Assembly (NCBI GenBank): GCA_965223705.1
Contig: OZ245015.1
Span: 3,616,001-3,680,000, forward strand
Source: Myxococcota bacterium
Lineage (GTDB): Bacteria; Myxococcota_A; UBA9160; UBA6930
DNA length: 64,000 nt
Direction: 5' to 3'
The position numbers and the translations under genes were made by a program. The notes below the pieces were generated by a model. The model had not been told where the DNA came from. It searched no databases and was given only the letters and a program-made list of their open reading frames with translations. Below are positions 63,076-64,000 of the stretch, piece after piece; the first letter of the stretch is position 1; each line of letters starts with the position of its first letter.

Positions 63076-63478
63076 CGATTGTCTCCTGTGTGTCGCGAGC
63101 TGGGATCGGGCAGGATCCGCCTCGCGCGATACGGTTATCGATGGGAGACAGAGCACATTTCGTGCCATGTTGATCGACGGCCGCTGGCTTCTGGACGGAT
63201 GCCTGCGGAGCTGTGGCGATGCTTCGGGCGTCGCGAGCTGAAAATCGTACAAACCCTTGTTTGAATTGCAGAGATCTCTCGGCAGGTCTGCGATGCCCAT
63301 CAAGAGACTCGATTCCTCGCTGCACTTAGCCCGACGATCGGGCGACGTTGTACAGAGGGGCGGGTGCTTGATTGAGGGACAGTCCTAAACTCGGGGCTGG
63401 CAAGAAAAGAATGGGAGAAGGAAGGGCGCAGCCTTATGGCGCGCCCTTCCCAAATGCCACGCTGAGGCGGCCCGTTTC

Positions 63479-63673
63479 CTACGTGTGATCGTCGAGCTCG
63501 TCCTCGAGCTCTTCTCCCGCGTCTTCGGCCTCGTCTTCGACCTCTTCGACCGCCTCTTCCAACGGCCCTCCGTCGTCGCATGCCGTGACGGCAAGGCTGG
63601 CCAGACCGAGGACGGTGGATCCAACGATTGACAACGCCAGGGTTCGAACCCTTCGCTTCGGGTACGCCATCAT
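63479..63673 (-). CDS. Small acidic lipoprotein
   Basis: TAC lipobox, GPLEEA.EE. Confidence 0.65.
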   Translation of the reverse strand: MMAYPKRRVRTLALSIVGSTVLGLASLAVTACDDGGPLEEAVEEVEDEAEDAGEELEDELDDHT

Positions 63674-64000
63674 CAGCTCCTTGGACGTTCCAGCGCCAGG
63701 TCATCGATCACCGAGTCCACACCCTCCGTCGCACTGGCGGTGCTCAGGGCAGTGACGCGATCGCGCTGACTGGCGACCGTCCCAGTGAGCCGCACGGCGC
63801 GATTCTTGACTTCAACATCGATGCTGGCGTCGCTGAGACTTTGGTGGTCCTTCAATCGTTTCTGCACCGCTGCCAGGACTTCATCGTCCGCCGCCTCGAC
63901 GCGGTTCGCGGCGACATCGGGAACTACCTGGAGCTCGTTCTCAACGGACTTCACCCCGTCGACCTTTCCGACCTCCGCGCCCGCGCGGCGTTTCACATCG
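63673..64000 (-). CDS. BON-domain protein (5' end outside window)
   Basis: GVKSVENEL, VRLTGTV, GVDSVIDDL. Confidence 0.85.
   Translation of the reverse strand, partial: DVKRRAGAEVGKVDGVKSVENELQVVPDVAANRVEAADDEVLAAVQKRLKDHQSLSDASIDVEVKNRAVRLTGTVASQRDRVTALSTASATEGVDSVIDDLALERPRS

Overview
High-GC DNA from a probably diderm bacterium (OmpA, BON and sigma-54 genes); nearly all of it looks like accessory DNA at a tmRNA (ssrA)-type integration hotspot. (1) 1-19.3 kb: five fragments of a tmRNA 3' end (minus strand) separate four integrase-less cargo segments: czcCBA with a His-rich RAPP leader; vapBC; a mosaic of XRE, GIY-YIG-like, TIR, trypsin-like and RNase R genes; and a GlxA-regulated MBL/SnoaL/amidohydrolase operon. 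(2) 19.3-30.5 kb: a mobile-element core with a group-II-intron-like (G2L4-like) reverse transcriptase preceded by a promoter and two 131-bp structured direct repeats (candidate ncRNA) and interrupted by an IS481-family element, plus a HEPN-motif gene, a tyrosine integrase, a Prim-Pol/AAA replicase and an ori-like region. A previously unannotated family of ~80-150-bp hairpin-forming repeats recurs at module junctions from 8.2 to 32.9 kb. (3) 30.6-64 kb: a large general/oxidative/osmotic stress cluster (gdhA, sortase with LPXTG-type substrate, EncFtn with encapsulin, catalase, SOD, three MscS, many BON proteins, CsbD, two metallothioneins) carrying at least 13 sigma-54 promoter motifs and its own NtrC-type activator. 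No complete tmRNA, tRNA, rRNA or CRISPR array was seen. All calls come from reading the sequence; no database searches were run.
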